NCBI GenBank assembly: GCA_938002815.1
Contig: CALKZT010000027.1
Span: 6,492 to 70,491, forward strand
Reading direction: 5' to 3'
Length of the DNA: 64,000 nucleotides
From: an uncultured bacterium
GTDB lineage: Bacteria > Desulfobacterota > DSM-4660 > Desulfatiglandales > CALKZT01
Shown: positions 63,346 to 64,000 of the stretch, piece by piece
How the letters are laid out: every line of letters starts with the position of its first letter
How positions within the stretch are numbered: position 1 is the stretch's first letter
Notes under the pieces: generated by a model
The model's database searches: none
What the model was told of the DNA's origin: nothing
The model's input: only the letters and a program-made list of their open reading frames with translations
Made by a program: the position numbers and the translations under genes

Positions 63346-64000
63346 ATGGCCAAGTTGTTGAGGGTGGACATGAGTGAGGCAAGGGTTGCAATCCAAGAGC
63401 TCCCCCAATACCTAAAGGGTTTGGGGGGCAGGGGGCTTTGTTCTGCCCTGATTTATCACGAGGTAGACCCCCTATGTAACCCCATCGGAGCCAACAACAA
63501 GCTCGTATTCGCACCAGGGTTATTGGCAGGTACCAACTGTGCAAACTCTGGGAGAATCTCTGTGGGTAGTAAAAGCCCCTTAACATGTACCATCAAAGAG
63601 GCCAATGCAGGTGGTCAGGCTGCTGGTCATTTGGGGAGGATAGGTATTGCAGGGATTGTATTAGAGGGAGCAGCCCAATCGGGCAGGCTATTTAAGCTCT
63701 ATGTCTCCCCAAAAAAGGCAGAGCTTCTGCCTGCAGATGAACTAAAGGGGCTATCCAATTATCAAACCGTTGAACTCCTAAAGGGTCAATATGGTGAGAA
63801 GGTCTCATTTATCACCATCGGCCAGGCAGGTGAGTATCTCCTATCAGCGGCCTCTGTGGCCATCTCAGATAGGGAGCAAAGGCCCACAAGGCATGCGGGC
63901 AGAGGGGGATTGGGTGCTGTGATGGGCTCCAAAGGACTCAAGGCCATAATAGTAGACCCTGGGGAGGCCAAATCAGCCCCAATAGTGGATGAGGCCAAAT
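63346..64000 (+). CDS. aldehyde:ferredoxin oxidoreductase (tungsten/molybdopterin enzyme), N-terminal part; runs off the window
   Basis: Not in the ORF track because there is no stop in the window. My translation from ATG 63346: MAKLLRVDMSEARVAIQELPQYLKGLGGRGLCSALIYHEVDPLCNPIGANNKLVFAPGLLAGTNCANSGRISVGSKSPLTCTIKEANAGG...RHAGRGGLGAVMGSKGLKAIIV. This matches the AOR N-terminal domain. Confidence 0.85.
   Translation, partial: MAKLLRVDMSEARVAIQELPQYLKGLGGRGLCSALIYHEVDPLCNPIGANNKLVFAPGLLAGTNCANSGRISVGSKSPLTCTIKEANAGGQAAGHLGRIGIAGIVLEGAAQSGRLFKLYVSPKKAELLPADELKGLSNYQTVELLKGQYGEKVSFITIGQAGEYLLSAASVAISDREQRPTRHAGRGGLGAVMGSKGLKAIIVDPGEAKSAPIVDEAK

Noticed and set aside
63124-63998. Minus-strand ORFs 63124..63408, 63323..63586 and 63786..63998.
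   Set aside because: They overlap the plus-strand aldehyde:ferredoxin oxidoreductase reading frame or its leader. The AOR frame has an AGGAGG RBS and unmistakable AOR N-terminal sequence. The track missed it only because it has no stop within the window.

Overview
Gene-dense chromosomal window with about 60 CDS, 2 tRNAs, many 1-11 nt gene overlaps and very few spacers. It comes from a diderm, apparently anaerobic bacterium; a Nitrospirota or Thermodesulfobacteriota-like lineage is only a guess from gene content. I found no transposase, integrase, phage gene, CRISPR array or recognisable defence gene. Contents in order: (1) an LPS core/lipid A string waaF-lpxL-lpxK-waaA, coupled to an NtrY-like histidine kinase and trkH-trkA. 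(2) A secreted CXXCH + triple-rhodanese protein, a second GT9 glycosyltransferase, enolase and trmB. (3) An L,D-transpeptidase next to a Braun-lipoprotein-like alanine-zipper lipoprotein. (4) A molybdenum/tungsten cofactor block: moeA, moeA-PBP fusion, modE-like HTH, mobB, moaA. (5) tRNA-Arg(TCG) and tRNA-Lys(CTT), then malQ. (6) A 637-bp ORF-free gap holding a promoter / closed helix / terminator unit. (7) A CoA-binding protein, ilvD, ubiE and an MBL hydrolase, followed by a Fur-FeoA fusion. (8) A 1458-aa surface protein with a C-terminal CFIATAAYGS anchor, coupled to pyrR, an AT-rich unknown and yjbQ. (9) dedA and speH. (10) A translationally coupled trpB2 - 88-aa Cys protein - iorA - iorB - mocA-like operon. 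(11) A roughly 13-kb minus-strand gene string: pilM-pilN-pilO-pilP - CsgG-like lipoprotein - AMIN/N0/TPR protein - lipidated secretin - CARDB-like protein - amidohydrolase - feoA-feoB-argJ-pmm. (12) A TAXI-type TRAP transporter with DUF1850, an RluA-family pseudouridine synthase, and the 5' part of an aldehyde:ferredoxin oxidoreductase that runs off the window. The most unusual items are the re-wired type IV pilus outer-membrane module, the Ldt + Lpp-like tether pair, the giant CFI-box protein operon, the trpB2-ior operon with its unknown Cys protein and non-ATG start, the Fur-FeoA fusion, and two candidate RNA regulatory elements. All calls rest on reading motifs in the supplied translations and the DNA; no database search was possible.
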